A DNA stretch of 63,846 bases, the filler included, from Calcarisporiella thermophila CBS 279.70 (taxonomy: Eukaryota; Fungi; Calcarisporiellomycota): NCBI RefSeq assembly GCF_041956535.1. It is 7 parts of 7 records of this genome, joined end to end, with 100 filler letters (N's around TTAATTAATTAA, not from the genome) between each part and the next. Parts side by side here need not be neighbours in the genome. Positions count along the whole stretch, not along the records: positions 3,078 to 30,407 come from NW_027192219.1; positions 30,508 to 33,736 come from NW_027192245.1; positions 33,837 to 36,956 come from NW_027192266.1; positions 37,057 to 47,475 come from NW_027192204.1; 3 more parts are not named here. The stretch is one strand, 5' to 3'. The notes under the pieces were generated by a model. The model worked only from the letters and a program-made list of their open reading frames with translations. It searched no databases and was not told the origin of the DNA. The translations under genes were made by a program, and so were the position numbers. Shown piece by piece: positions 26,728-41,647 of the stretch (positions within the stretch are counted from its first letter, which is position 1; every line of letters starts with the position of its first letter).

Positions 26728-29338
26728 ATGAGTGCGCCAGTGTTGCCGCCAAAGTCGGCCCTCCGGGCATCGTTTTACGTGATTCCTGCCTCAAGCGACA
26801 CTTCCTCCTCGCCCCCTGATTCTACCCCACGGACACCTAATATGTTTCCCTCACCCACTTCGCCCAATCATTCCCCCCAAAAATCTCAGCTCGCTCTTCC
26901 TAAGTCTGACCCATTTAGTTCTCTTGCCAATAATCCACCACTTCATCCTGACCATCGCCCCGCTTTTGAGGCGCCGACTCACTCGAAGGAACCGCAACCG
27001 CAAGAAAATGGACCACAAGTCCAGGCAAACGAGCCCCCGCCGGTTAGACCTCAGAGGTCCAGCATGCGCCCCCAGCAGCCTCGCACGATTTCTCAACAAC
27101 TTCCCAAGGCATCCTCTGTGGGCACCATGCGGTCATCCAATACTAACTCGATGCCTCCTACGAAAACCGGTAATTTGCGAAGCGTGAAGTCTTTGCTACT
27201 TCCTTCAGGCAAAACTTCGTTGACTCAGACGTTTATATCCTGGGCTACTTCACCAACAAAAACCGAGGGTCGACCCAGTGAGGAAATGGCTACGAAATCA
27301 AGGTCCTCTCCTACTGTTGATTTAGGAGGAAACACGACTGAAGAACCACGCTCGAGGCGAACGTTAAAGAAAGTTCTCTCTACATTTGTCGGAAATTTCG
27401 CTGGTAATACCTTTATTTATTATCTTTCATCAATCCATTCTCTAAACAATGATGTATTGATTCCTATTAACAGATATGCTTACGCTTGATAAGAAAACTA
27501 TACCTTCAGTTGAAATCTCTTCGCCCTTTAATGCCGTGCATAATGTTCACGTCGGATTCGACAATAACACCGGAGAATTCACTGTACGTTTCTGACTATT
27601 TTCAAAATGGACTTTTGTGCGTATTCTTTACAGATCATGATATTTTTAGGGCCTTCCCAAAGAATGGCAGATACTTCTCCAAGCTTCGGGCATTTCTAAA
27701 CAAGATCAACGCGCCCACCCACAGGTTAGGAAATCAATTACCTGTTGATATTGATGCATTTCTTATATTTCTCCTTCCAGACTGTACTTGATATCATTAA
27801 CTTCTATACGGAATCTCAACAAGAGAAAGATGAGTCAATTTGGCACAAGTTTACACACATGCAAAATAAACTACCTGAGTCCCATCCGCCCTCACATAGC
27901 GAGAAGGTAAAGCCTATAGCTATAAGATTGAAAATATTTCTCTCTGATGATACGAATTAATTTAATAGAAGCCCGCACCAAAATCTCCCCCAGTGCCTGC
28001 AAGGCTGCCACCAGGCCCGGTAAATATTCGCTAATGAATTATTATTTTTGCTCCGACTCATATCAATAATATTACAGTTGCCCTCACGGTTGCCTCCCAA
28101 ACCAAAGCCCGCTGTGCCCAAGCGTATGGATCCATCCTCTAAAGCTAGCACTCCACACAAAACTTCTACGACTAAACATGCGCATCGTATTGAACATGGC
28201 CAACAAGGCAAAGGGCCTACACCCCGCCGTCGAGAGTCCCGTAAGCACGATGAAAAGAAGGAGCAGGAATTGCTCGAGAAGCTACGCACGATTTGTTCCG
28301 ATGCCGACCCATCGAAATTGTACCGTAACCTGACGAAAATTGGACAAGGCGCCTCCGGTGGTGTCTTTACTGCATATCAAGTTGGCACAAATATTTCAGT
28401 GGCGATCAAGCAGATGAAACTAGAGCAACAACCAAAGAAAGACCTGATAATCAACGAAATCTTAGTGATGCGTGAGGCGAAACATCCGAATATTGTGAAT
28501 TTCATTGATTCATTTCTTGTTAGGGGGGAGCTATGGGTTGTAATGGAATACATGGAAGGTGGGAGTTTAACTGACGTCGTAACATATAATTTAATGAGCG
28601 AAGGGCAAATCGCCTGTGTTTGTCGGGAAACATTGAAGGGGTTAAGCCATTTGCACTCTAAAGGTGTTATTCACCGAGACATCAAGAGTGACAACGTGCT
28701 ACTCTCCTTGAATGGAGAAATCAAGCTGAGTCCGTTCTCTTCGTCCGCGCATTTTATACCGTTATTAACTCTCTAACTAATAGCCGATTTTGGATTTTGC
28801 GCACAACTTAACGAAAATCAAGCAAAACGGACCACTATGGTCGGAACTCCTTATTGGAGTAAGCCACAGTCTTTTTTCTTTGACCACATTATCATATTGA
28901 AATCTCTCTTTTTCATCTTCTTGGTAGTGGCTCCAGAGGTGGTGACTCGCAAGGAATATGGCCCAAAGGTGGATGTTTGGTCATTAGGAATTATGATGAT
29001 AGAAATGGTTGACGGAGAGCCGCCATATCTCCAAGAAATTCCTTTAAGAGTAACTGTAATCATATTCTATCCTCACCTCTCCTGCTAACAAAGTTGTCTC
29101 CCAGGCCCTCTATTTAATTGCGACTAATGGAACTCCCAAACTGCAAAACCCTGGTGCACTCTCAGCCACCTTCAACGATTTCTTCCACCGCTGCCTGGAA
29201 GTCGAGGTCGACCGACGTCCGACTGCAGATGAGCTCTTAAAACATCCATTTTTGCGGCGGGCAGATCCGGCAACCTCACTGGCACCTTTGATTAAAATGG
29301 CGAGAGAGCAAGCAAAGAAGCGAAGTGCTTACGAATAA
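26728..29338 (+). CDS. STE20: p21-activated kinase, STE20 type (CRIB + kinase, no PH domain seen)
   Basis: [20 protein letters not shown]...GLPKEW; kinase [41 protein letters not shown]|APE. Confidence 0.88.
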
Positions 29339-32300
29339 TTAGAGTTTTGTATGCCCTAGGAGATCTTTATCGAATTATTTAGTTTTAGTTAGTTTTTCAC
29401 ATACCATTATAATTCATTACACCTTTTTTGCCCCGATTTTATTTTAATTTCATTTCCCTACTACTCACGTATATGCTCCGCGATTCAATGGTCTACAAGT
29501 ATATTTCACACTTTCGCCACACTTCATATTTTCATCTTCATGCTTATTATTCGCCCGCATTTTTAAATTTCTACATTTTTAATATTCGATACGTTTGAAA
29601 CAGAGTACCAGAGTTTATTCTATTTTAAAAGAAAAAGGTTTTTTTTGTATTTACTTCCTTCCCTCGATAACTAATATAATGCTCTACTCAAACTATAAAT
29701 ATACCAATTCAATAGTGATACAACTTATAATCTAGTTGTTCAGAATATTACCCTCACTGGCCCAAGAACCATATCAGAATCAAATTCTCAGGCATGTACG
29801 GACAATAAAAACAAAAATAGAAGAGCTAACTTGTTACAGCTAGTATGGCCATATTTTTTACTTATTTTCTGATACCGTTGTGTTTGCACCGGTGCATATT
29901 ATCAGTCTAAATTGACAACAGTACAGAAGAATGATATCAAAACACAACACTGGCAAGCGTTATCACATTGCAGATCATTTCCTTAGATGGCCTTATCGTG
30001 CTGCAGCTCTTATTGCACTTCTCATTTATAGTTAGTATAGTAAAGTAGTACTTATCAGCCATAAAATTGTAAGCTAATTTGATTGTTATTCACTCAAAAT
30101 AGTCAATATACAAGTCAAAAAATAATATTAACTAACATATATATATTGCTTTATTATATAAACAGCTTATAAATTATCAACTGTCTAATCATATTATCTA
30201 GTTCCTATACTTTTGTCTTTTCACATTAAACTTTCCTAAGATAGCTCATATATTAATAGCATATCTTAAGGAATTTCTTATGCCCATTTGATAAGTCAGA
30301 AGGACATGCCCTGTAAGAAGCCACCGTAAGGAAATTATGCGGAAACCTTTTGGGGGCTTTTTTGTGGAAATGCCACGATTACCATTGGTTCACGTGGATT
30401 TTTAGCGNNNNNNNNNNNNNNNNNNNNNNNNNNNNNNNNNNNNNNNNNNNNTTAATTAATTAANNNNNNNNNNNNNNNNNNNNNNNNNNNNNNNNNNNNN
30501 NNNNNNNCCTAACCTTGTGATTCTTCTCCTTCTGTGGAAATCCTGCTCTCTCTTTTTTGGTACTTCCAGGATCTGTGCCTCCAAAACTCTTCATCCAACC
30601 AAATCGCCCTAAAATTGCCACTTCCCTTTTCAGGAACATCCAATCATACCTCGAGAGGAAAAAGCCACTCTGACGTATCTATTTCATTATGTCACTCATC
30701 ATATTACGTCTACAAAATGACATCAATCAAAAGACGTAACAACCTGCGCCGCAGTCGCCTTGCGTTGTGCGACCGCCGCCGCGCTGTCGCTGGTCGCCGA
30801 TCGCCGGTCGTCGCCGCCATTTCGAAAAATTTTTTTTTATTCCATTAAATAGTTATATATTGTATTGTAAAATCCACAATACTCAACTATGTGTTTATTC
30901 ATACAATGTACCCTTTTTTCCTCGATTTGTTGTTATCAATTGAATTTTCTCTATTCCATTATTCTTTTAAGATTATTATATACTACCATATTTTATTTCT
31001 CCTCAAAAAAAAAAAAAATTAATTCCACTACTTGCTCTCATACAAACTTTCGATTAACCCCTAAATACCATTCGACTCTTCACCGAACTGGAATCAACTA
31101 TTTCTCTATGCTCAACCCCCACTATTGCTTGTAAAATCAATAGAAACATGCCTTGAACACTCTAAATACATAAATTAATTTGCGAGAAATTCGTCACCAT
31201 CATTGTACCTATCGACATTCATTTTACATAATATCATTAAACTGATTTTCCGTTAAATTTATTCTTGCTATTCATTGAAATATCCATTCCCACCCACTAT
31301 TGAGCCTTTTGAAATTAATACGAAATTACTCCCTATATAAAACTGTCTCCCCACTTTCTCTTTGAATCTTCATCTAATACTACATTACAATATACTTCAA
31401 TTTTAAAAATTACTGTATTAACTGATATTTCCCTTACTCTCACTTTCTCATACAGTATTATTGATCCATAAACTTTGGATATCCTTTGAATTTTTCAAAA
31501 TCTGTCATTTACTCTGCTCAAAGATTAAATAAATTCAGCCGCTGACCTCGGAATTCTACTATGTTTTGCTTCAAACATCAACCTAAATACCATTTGTATT
31601 ATGGATCTGTATATTGATTTTATATGCACCACTCTCTATGCTTTTAGAGTACTGAAATTTATTATAACCTATATCAAATTGACAATCCACTTTTATCATT
31701 ATTCCTCGTAACGTTAAGATTCGTAAGACCTGTACCGGGATGAACCACTCAACCTATACTTCTCTAAATCATACCATTGACATATAATTTTTCCCGAGCC
31801 GATTCGAAGAATGGCAATATTATTTTTACCTTTCTTATTTTTACTACCATTTTAGCTTAGGTTACTGTATGTCATTTGATTTTTACATCACCAGATCATT
31901 TTCTTCGACTATTTAATTCCTCTGTCTTTGTTTGGGCTTCCTCACCATTTTGCTATATTTATTACGTCTACCTAAGAAGATCACTATAACTCCACTGCCT
32001 TTGCTCTTCTCCATACACAATCAACAAAATAAATTAGACAGTACTGTACTAATGCAACACTCAACTCATTTCATTCAATCATTATCTACGAGCTTTCTAG
32101 TTTATGCAACTAGAAATCCGCAACTTTACTACAAACTTGCCCTGACATTCAGAAAGCTTGCTCTATTTTTAGTGGGAAATATACTTTATAAAGATAACCC
32201 TGGGCGACATGGTAATAAATAAAATTAAAATCACTAATGTTGCCAACAACCCATTCATTTATCTGAAGCTATTATTACAATGCCTATTAAACAACGTACG

Positions 32301-33836
32301 AGGATTCACTGTCTCTACTAAGTTAATAACCTTCAGCTTAATGCCTTGGAATCACAAAAGCTTGATATGTATTCCATGTCATTTCGTACCAATCTCTGTG
32401 AATTTCTTTAAAATAGCGCTAGCTTATTTAAGTGTATACATTCATGTTGGGTTTAAATTAAAATATCTTGCAAAAATTTTCAATGAATGGAACACTCTAA
32501 TTCCTAAAAAAAAGCTTCATAAGAAAGCAAGTGGAAGCAAAAGTTTAAAAACGCTCGCCTTTAACTAGATTTACTCCGTTTTTCCACATACTTCTTTTTG
32601 TTTACCCTGTTAAATTAAAATTACCCAGTAATACTATATTTTTTATTTTACATATATCTGCTAGTAAAATATTAATAGCAGTGATAAAAATAGGCTTTTT
32701 CTAGCGGATTTTCTGATAGGTAAACATGACTTTTTTTGTTACTGAGTAAAATGTTTTCATATTTATATTTTAATAAATAAAATTTTTTTAAGAATGAAAA
32801 GAACCGAATAATTTTACTCTATTACTCTCCTTTTATTCCTTTTTGCACGTAATCACTTGTGTCCTGTGGTTTATTAAAATGTATTCTACAGGTGATGGAT
32901 GCTTCCGAGAAAGTTTATTAAGTATAAGAAATCAAGAGATGGAGTTTGAAAGGATTCATGCTTACAACCATCAATTCTGTGTATTTTCTGCTTCCTAGAA
33001 ATATAAGAATACCCCCCCCCCCAGCTATCGTGGATTCGGATTAGCGTGGCGTTTTCCTATTTGTGCTTGAATCTAAATGCTTAGCCCAAAAACCTTCTGC
33101 TGTTGAGATTATACTGTATGATATCACTGAAAGACTGTAAGTAATTTGTTTTTTTTTGTCTTGTGCAATCTACTTAGTCTACAATTCATTTATTGCCTTT
33201 TAATAAAAAGCAATAAACGAAGCATATTTGGAGTGAAGCTGTTTCTCTACATTAACCGCAATGAGACTACCAAAAATTTTTACTCAGTATGCTCTAAATC
33301 ACTGTTTATCAAATAGCATCACAATGTTTATATCATTACAGTATTTCAATGGAATTAGCACTGTTAGCTGTCAGTAAATGAATGTTAGATAATACTAAAT
33401 CTCTAACACTAATCAGCTTTACATGTCATCCTTCGTACTTATTTATTGATTCATCACTTATTTTCTAGACTAATCTAGCCTGTCTAATCCAATATCATTA
33501 TAAATTAAAAGCATTAAACTGCCCTCGGAATGTGATCGAATAATTTTTATTTTTCACATCATTTTCCCTTCTTATCCTCAAATCTAGCTATACTAAGTTG
33601 CGCTACGAAAAGCAAACACAGCTATCCATATCACAACCATCAATCTACATGGACTTGCAAAATACCTTTTATGTCGTGAGTTATACAATAAAAATGAAAT
33701 TTCAATTATCGAAATTTCGCTATGATGCCCTGTAACNNNNNNNNNNNNNNNNNNNNNNNNNNNNNNNNNNNNNNNNNNNNTTAATTAATTAANNNNNNNN
33801 NNNNNNNNNNNNNNNNNNNNNNNNNNNNNNNNNNNN

Positions 33837-36800
33837 AAAGCAACGGAAAAGGGTCTATAAGAATACGCGAGGATAATCGGGATGGTCGCGAATGCGAAGC
33901 AAAACAAGGGTTGAGAGGAAACTAGATTAAGAATTATGCCGCCCAGTTATATTGTCTGTAATTTTTAGCTTGTTGTATGAGCCACCTAAATAATCTATTT
34001 CAACAAATTAGACAGTGATTTGTGTAAGAGGGCATCATACGACCCTTGGTAAATTGTTTATTAAGGATGACTACAAGACTGAAATTGAGAGGTTAAGTGG
34101 ACCGTATGATTTTGTTAAGCCAATCGAGAGGACAGTTATCGGCCCATTCTGCGATCTCTAGATAGCTTGACGAGATAGTTGAGCTGAGAATAAAATAGAC
34201 CAGTGTTGTAATAGAGGTTGGACGATGGGGAAGGACCGAAAATCTGCTTGTACTCTTAGGAAATCAAGACTGGAAGGAAAAAATTGACTAAATCCGGTGT
34301 CGCCAAGACCACGTAAATATATATTCAAAGGTCGAATGAAGGTCCCAGTAGAGCATTATGCTTAAAGAACCTATTTTCCGTGAACAGTCTCTACGCGTTC
34401 AAACCTCCGCTTGTTGCTTATCCCTAACGACATCAGGTTGCATGGCACAAACTTGTGAAGCATCCAGCGGAGATAAACAGCATTATCTATTTATCTATAC
34501 ATTACAAGTCAAAGCCAACAGTTCGGTACGAATACAGAACTTTTCTCTTCTGAACTAGGACGGTTCCTGATTGCAAGTAACAAGGTAGAGAGGGAATGGA
34601 AGATTGGACCGCCGAGCCTCTAGTAGAGAGATTAGTTCCAACACTTTAACCATTTCAATCTAGGTATTGTAAACCTATTTCGGAGTGTGCTCTGCGTTCA
34701 GCAACAGGTTCCTGTCAATTAACGAGGAAATTGCGGGCTTGTATTCATGAAATTTATTGGAATACGCATAAGCCGCATGTAGATTTGTGATAGAAAATTA
34801 CGATCGCAGATGCTCTAATCGAGTTTGATAGCGCATTGTTTGCAGGAAGAGTCTCGACTTATTTCATCAGAATGGTCACCACTCTCTGTGCCAACACACC
34901 ATCTCGTTCTAGTGCTACCTGGTAACGTGGATCCTATTCGCAAAATATACATGAATTCAATGCATACGTAGCCATCAAGAAATCTTCGATGAATGCTCTT
35001 GTATCTCCGTCGATTCTGAAGACTAAAAAGAGCTACAATCATAGAAAAGCGACATCCAAATGCTCTAATTGAATTGGTGGACTTCAGTCGGTGAGATAGG
35101 ACAGAAGAAATGATACTCTTAGTCACTTTAAAATCTATCAATAGGAGACATCCCGTGGGATCGTCTCCTTATGCAAATAGAGACTAAATCACTCTATTGA
35201 GGTAGCATTTAAAGCACTCGTTTTAAAAGACATTATCTTATGATGTAGCAGCTCTAACTTTTAAATGCACCAGCCGAAACAAGTGAGCGCAAATCTTACT
35301 TTTGAATGGAAGCCATAGAAATAGTCAAATAATTGGGATGGAAAAAAAAGGCGATAAATATATGTAATGCTGAGTCCTGATAAGATGCCCGTGCTGGCAA
35401 TAAAGCTGTTTGATATGCACCTGTTTTTCAAAAGTATTGCTCAAAGCGAAGGAAAGAAAATGGAATTGCTCAGAAACATGAATACATGGGCCGGCAGATG
35501 TAAGTATTTTGTGCATTGACTAGCCTCAAGGACTTGGCCAATCCATGTTAGCTAATTCGATCAGATCTCGTGCTTAGCTTGACAGCGTTAACATTTCGGC
35601 GCTATGTTAAGCTTCAATTGAAGTGTCATGCGGGAGAGAAGAGCTTTGTTAACTTAGGATTTGCCCTCGGTAATAAGAAAGCCGAAATCCTGCAATCTTG
35701 TCAAAGGGGTGTCAGAGTTTAGATTGAATATATGAGGTTGCATTTCAAGAGGGCCAAGGGCACTTGGTCGACTCATCCAATACACCTGACCTCACGCCCC
35801 TCTGAATCACCCTCCAGCTTACTAACAAGGATTCTCTCCTTCTAAATCGTATGAAACAATTATAGCTTCGCTCTTGCACCTTACACCACTCCCTTGTCCA
35901 TCGAAAATGCTACGGCTGTAATTTCCGTCTTACAAGCGAGAAGTAAGCTAGCAAGCTTGAGGCTTTTTACTCCTGGGAAAAAAAGATAAGATTCGGCCGG
36001 TATGCATCTGGGAATATTAAATTAGTGCCTTTGGCTAAGCTGAAGTTCGAGTTGGGCTAGCGCCTTGCTAATGTTTCTCATCACAGTTTGGGTTTGCGAA
36101 CGCCACGGTGATAAATCTGTAGCTCCTCAAAGCGCACTTCCAAAGCTTCCGCTAATGGAATGGGGATAAAGTCTATAGGCGTGGTGAGGAAAAGAGCCTT
36201 GCATGTTTAGACTGTAGAGGCTCAGCATTGTTGAGATAATTGATTGGTTTTGTAGGTCTCCAATTCTGCCATGGGCCTGAAGTTGGCAGTTGACAATACC
36301 AATTAATCAAACACCATTTACACCTCTGAATTGACAATAGACGGCTCGATTGCGACTTGCGCCAACCCTCTTTGAGCCGCTAATGGCTTATTAGCCAAGG
36401 CTTAGAGACGAGAATGAAGACCTTGGGTGGTCTTTAGTGGAGAGCGTAATCTATGGGATCGAAGTTGAGAAGATAAAAAAGGGATGGCGAAAAGGGTGGC
36501 GCTCCATTGGTGGATCCCGGTTCTGTCAAATCAAAATAACTTCAGATAAAAAGGTTGGGAATTGGTGGTTCAAAACCTTCTTTTTAAGATAGCTTGGGGA
36601 TTGGCATTTATGATTTCATATATAGGGTTTTTTTAGCGCTTCTGTGTAATTCCCTCCCCACCTTTTCCTCATTTTCCCAGTCAATTTGGGCCGGAGCACC
36701 TAATGTTGGGGGAGAAATTTGGGTCGCTTAGAAGGGGAGCCGTGGCATTGAAGAAGATAACCGAGATCGAAAATAAAACTTTTGGGGCCTCCGATTTATC

Positions 36801-36956
36801 AACAAATCAAATCTTTATAATCAATGCACAACAAACGGGAAAATAAGGAGATATAGCTTACAAGGACGCGTTGCTCTCTTTCTTCTCGTTTCGCTTCTCA
36901 CTCGCGGCCATCCTAATTATCCTCGCGTATTCTTATAGACCCTTTTCCGTTGCTCC
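33837..36956. mobile_element. ~3.1-kb degenerate element bounded by ~85-bp terminal inverted repeats (putative decayed DNA transposon)
   Basis: 33837-33922 is the reverse complement of 36870-36956, with a 39-nt perfect core AGCAACGGAAAAGGGTCTATAAGAATACGCGAGGATAAT; the interior has no intact long ORF; both ends abut gaps. Confidence 0.65.
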
Positions 36957-37277
36957 NNNNNNNNNNNNNNNNNNNNNNNNNNNNNNNNNNNNNNNNNNNN
37001 TTAATTAATTAANNNNNNNNNNNNNNNNNNNNNNNNNNNNNNNNNNNNNNNNNNNNAATATTAATGTATATTCCCTCTTTAGGCTTAAACTTTTGTAGTC
37101 TGTTCATTCAATGGATTAATTTTGACTATGTAATGTTAACAATATTGTGGCAATAGAGGTTATTAAGACCAAATATATCACATCATTTATATCACATCAG
37201 CCTCATATTTCAATATAAAAATCTGGCATCTGTCGCGTTATACATAATTTATCTACAGTTGTAACCATGGTTAAAAG

Positions 37278-40200
37278 ATGTCACAGAATTCAGAAACGAA
37301 TATAACGCCATCAGAATATGGAAATATGGAGGGAAAGCTGAGAAAGCGAGCCATGGAAGAAAAAAACTGTGATCCAGATTCAAAGAAGTGTAAAAATACA
37401 TACAAGGAGCTTGATCCTCTTATTCACGTTTTCAAGTCACTCTGCACTGTATACACATTCTGCTCAACGAGAAAGCATATACCTGTGACGTTCAACACAA
37501 TTAAATCATCGGTGGAAAATCTTATAAAGAGGTAAATAATAATTACCAAGCAATAATTTGTGCAAGGCCATCCTAAATACTATTATATATTTATATTTAG
37601 AGAATTTACATTAAATGATCTTTTTGCGATTAAAAGCCTTATCCCTGACTTGATCTCTGTTGAATTTACTAACACTGAACAAATACGTTTGAGACGAGAT
37701 GGCATTTTAAATCACACCGACCCCTTTGAACCGAAATTTGCTTGCGACTCGAACCACAACTCAGAACTCCTTATTGAATTCCTTGATATAAAAAATGATT
37801 CGAGTGCGAAATCGAAGTATAATATGGTTCCAACATTGTTGAAATCACACGATTTTAAACAATTAACATTGTCTTAATTAAGAAAAAAAAATATAGGTGG
37901 CATCAAAGATACTACCAGATTAATGAAAATAATCGAGCGCCGTAACAGGTTATTTCACGATGCAGTCGAGCAATTTTATGATCGATGTATAAAGGAGGTA
38001 TTTATATTGAGATATTACCTTTATATTTATTATTTATTCATTATTTCTACCCCAGGAAAGAGAGCCGGTTGATCTATTACGAACTTCCATAGATGCTTTA
38101 TTGCCATCATTCCCAGAAATCTTAGCAGACAAGGACCCTTTGGAGGAATCGGAAATACCTAGCACAACTGCACTTGAGATTGTTTTTGAAGAGCTGCTTC
38201 GAAGTGAATTATATACCAACCAAATAGTGCCAAACGGAAGACGTTTTTTTCCTTGTAAATCTGCGGAGTATGGTTAGTATTCCTTCTTGTTTAATTATTT
38301 GCAATATGTATATACGTCATAATAAATGTAGGGGAGCTTGATTCCACCATCTCAGAAGAGCTCTTGGAAGTAATCAAAAGGACTAGAGGAATTTCAAGAC
38401 TATATTCGCATCAAGCAAAGGCAATCTGTGATTTAAAGGTCAACATATACATGGATTATTTCATGTAGTTAATAATCTTATCAATTTTACTCACTGCAGA
38501 ATAGCAATGTTATTGTATCCACCGCTACAGCCAGGTAACTGCCTATTTTTCAAAGCTGACCTTTTTGTTTTGATATGCTAAATATGTTTATTCAATGTTG
38601 AAGTGGAAAATCTCTAGTGTACAATCTGCCTGTTTTAAATGCTCTACTTTTGGATCCAACCATCCGAGCACTTTATATTTTTCCTACTAAGGCTTTAGCG
38701 CAAGATCAGAAACGGTGCCTAGAAGAGCTCTTATTCGACTGCTCTAATTTGCGCAATATCAAAGTAATGTTATTTGCTATTATTTTAAAGTCTCAAATTT
38801 TAATTCTCTTTAAAGATCGCATGTTTGGATGGAGATACGGAATACTCCTTTCGTCGTGATATATGTGATGAAGCTAACATAATATTTACAAATCCCGGTA
38901 TTTCGAATTAATTACAATATATATTAGCTATACAAAATTTTCTTAGTATTAATATCATTTACATATTTCAATAGATATGCTCCATGCTTGGTTTTTGCCT
39001 AATTGGAAGCGCTGGCATAGTTTTTTCTTAAATTTGAAATTTGTTATTTTAGATGGTAAATGATCTATACCCTTCAAGGTTTTGCGTTAATTTGTGATAC
39101 TAAAAATATATTACAACAGAACTTCATGTATACACGGGACTATTTGGATCACACTGTGCAATGATTATGCGAAGATTAATTCGAATCTGCTCATCTCTGG
39201 GAAGCAAAGACGACATAAGATTTATATCTTGCAGTGCTACAATTACTAAACCATTGGAAGTAAATGTCAAGTTCTTAGTTTTGCAACACAGCCTATTTTA
39301 TAATCTCTATCCGTCAATAGCATATGCAGTTATTGTTGGGAATTGAAAATATTTCCCTTACTTCCATCGATGGATCACCGTGTGGTCAAAAGGTAAAATT
39401 TATATTGAATTCCAAAACGAATCTTAACAATATTCTTTTATAGCAATTCATACTTTGGAACCCGCCATACATTGATGAGAAAAACACTAGCCTTGGTCGT
39501 CGTAGTTCTATTATGGAGACTTCTCTTTTGCTAGAATTTTTAATCTCTCGAGGCATCCGAACAATAGTATTCTGCAAGGTATATTGCTTGTTAATCTTTT
39601 TTTTTTTCAGAATATCTCGCCAAGCCTTTTTTTTTGTTCTATAGGTCAGAGCTACTTGTGAGTTGTTATTAAGACAAATAAAATCAAACTTACAATCCGG
39701 GAAAAACAGTCGATTATTGAACCGTGTCATGTCCTACCGCGCTGGGTACACCCCACAAGTAAGCGAGTTCATAATATATCTTTTTAACATGGAGTATTGA
39801 TTTCAAATGATTTTAATAGGATCGAAGAATGATTGAAAGAAAAATGTTTAAAGGCGATTTGCTTGGCATAGTTGCAACTTCAGCTCTTGAACTAGGAATT
39901 GATTTGGGTTCATTAGGTTAGTCCAATATATATATTGCTTTTGTTATACGCATTTAATTAGAATGTTTGATTTTAGATGCTGTAATTATGCTTGGTGTTC
40001 CCTGGTCTATTTCATCAATGTGGCAGCAGTCTGGCCGCGCTGGGCGCCGTCAGCAAATGTCCCTTACTATTTTAGTGGCAGACTCTGGCTCTCCTTTAGA
40101 TCAGCACTACATGAGAAACCCTGATGATCTTTTCCAGAAGCCTCATGAAAATGCTGGCGTTGATACCCAAAATTCTTTAGTACTCGAGGCACACTTGCAA

Positions 40201-41558
40201 TGTGCAGCAAGCGAAGTTCCCATTACTCTTCCATCTGACACTCAATTTTTTGGTGGAAAACTGCAGGAGATTTGCGAAGATAAACTTTTGAGGGATATAG
40301 ATGGGGTAAATATAACCTGTTACCGTTTTGGCTATGTTTTTTATATTGTTATCTGATTTATATAGAGTTACCGGACTCATCCAAAATTCAAACCCTATCC
40401 ATCCAAACACGTAGCCATCAGAAATATTGAAGAAGATTCCTTTTTTGTTATTGATACTGAACACAACAAAATCCTAGAGGTAGCAGATGCATATCTTTAG
40501 CGTCTTTTCTGTTTGAGCTCTTTAATGAAATAATTCTAATTGTTTCTATATTTAACTAAAGGAAATTGAATTGTCGAGGGCAGTATTTACAGTATATGAA
40601 GGTACAGATTATGTTGTGCTATATATCTCTCGGAATATATTGATATAATTATAAACTTCAGGCGCAGTTTTTCTTCATCAAGGAAGAGCCTATCTTGTTA
40701 TCGAACTAAACACCTTTGGAAGATATGCTAAAGTTCGTGCAACAAACGTCGATTGGAGGACTAGACCTAGAGATTATACAGATGTTGATATAGTAGCCAC
40801 GAAACAAACTATCTGTTTATCCCCTATAAAAAAAGCGTTTGCTTGCTATGGTCAAATCCGCGGTAATCACTAGTTTGGCTGCATTGTCATTCCTTAACTG
40901 ATATTTTTGAACACTATGACTTTTTAGTTACAACCAAGGTATTTGGATATTTTCGTATCGATCGCAATAATCAAATCCTGGAATCAGTCGATATTGATAT
41001 CACCCCCATTGAGATCTCAACATTTGGCTGGTGGATTGATGTTAACCCCAGCGTATTGGAGCAAATTCGTATGCTGGATGTCAGTACCGAAGCAGCAATA
41101 CATGCAGCCTCACATATTCTCCTCTCTCTATTACCGAGTTACACTGGATCACACTCGGGAGATGTTAAAACGGAGTGCAAGTCCCCTTTGGCCAAACGAC
41201 CTAGGCCTCCAAGGTAAACTCTAATATAAGTTCTATTGTAATTATTATTAAAGTGGAAAGGGTCATTTTTCTTGGATGCTTCAGAATAATTTTATACGAT
41301 GCACAAGGCAATGGCTCAGGAATAGCCGCCAAAGCCTTCGATCACATTAAGGATCTATTGAAAAAAGCACACCAAGTAGTCGTAAGTTGTTCCTGCATAG
41401 ACGGATGCCCTAAGTGTAAGTGTTAGCATTTGTAAAATAGCTTAATGCTTATATTTTTAAAAATATAATTAGGCATCAATATACCAAATTGCAAAGAGTT
41501 CAATTCCATGTGTAACAAAGAAGGTGCGAGAATCATATTGGATTCATTCGTAGATTAA
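37278..41558 (+). CDS. HRQ1: RecQ4-like helicase HRQ1 (many exons; C-terminal DUF1998)
   Basis: LYSHQA, TATASGKSLVYNLPVL, YIFPTKALAQDQ, ILD|ELH, CSATI, SYRAGY, ATSALELGID, QQSGRAGRR, C-terminal CSCIDGCPKC. Confidence 0.92.
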
Positions 41559-41647
41559 TATTTTATTACGGCTGGATACAAAATAAACATAGTTACATTG
41601 TCATGACATTCATACAATATTTTATATACAAATGCTATTCAACAAAT

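Noticed and set aside
30306-30316. ATGCCCTGTAA shared with 33725-33735, both shortly before gaps
   Set aside because: May mark a repeat terminus, but 11 nt is too short to support a call
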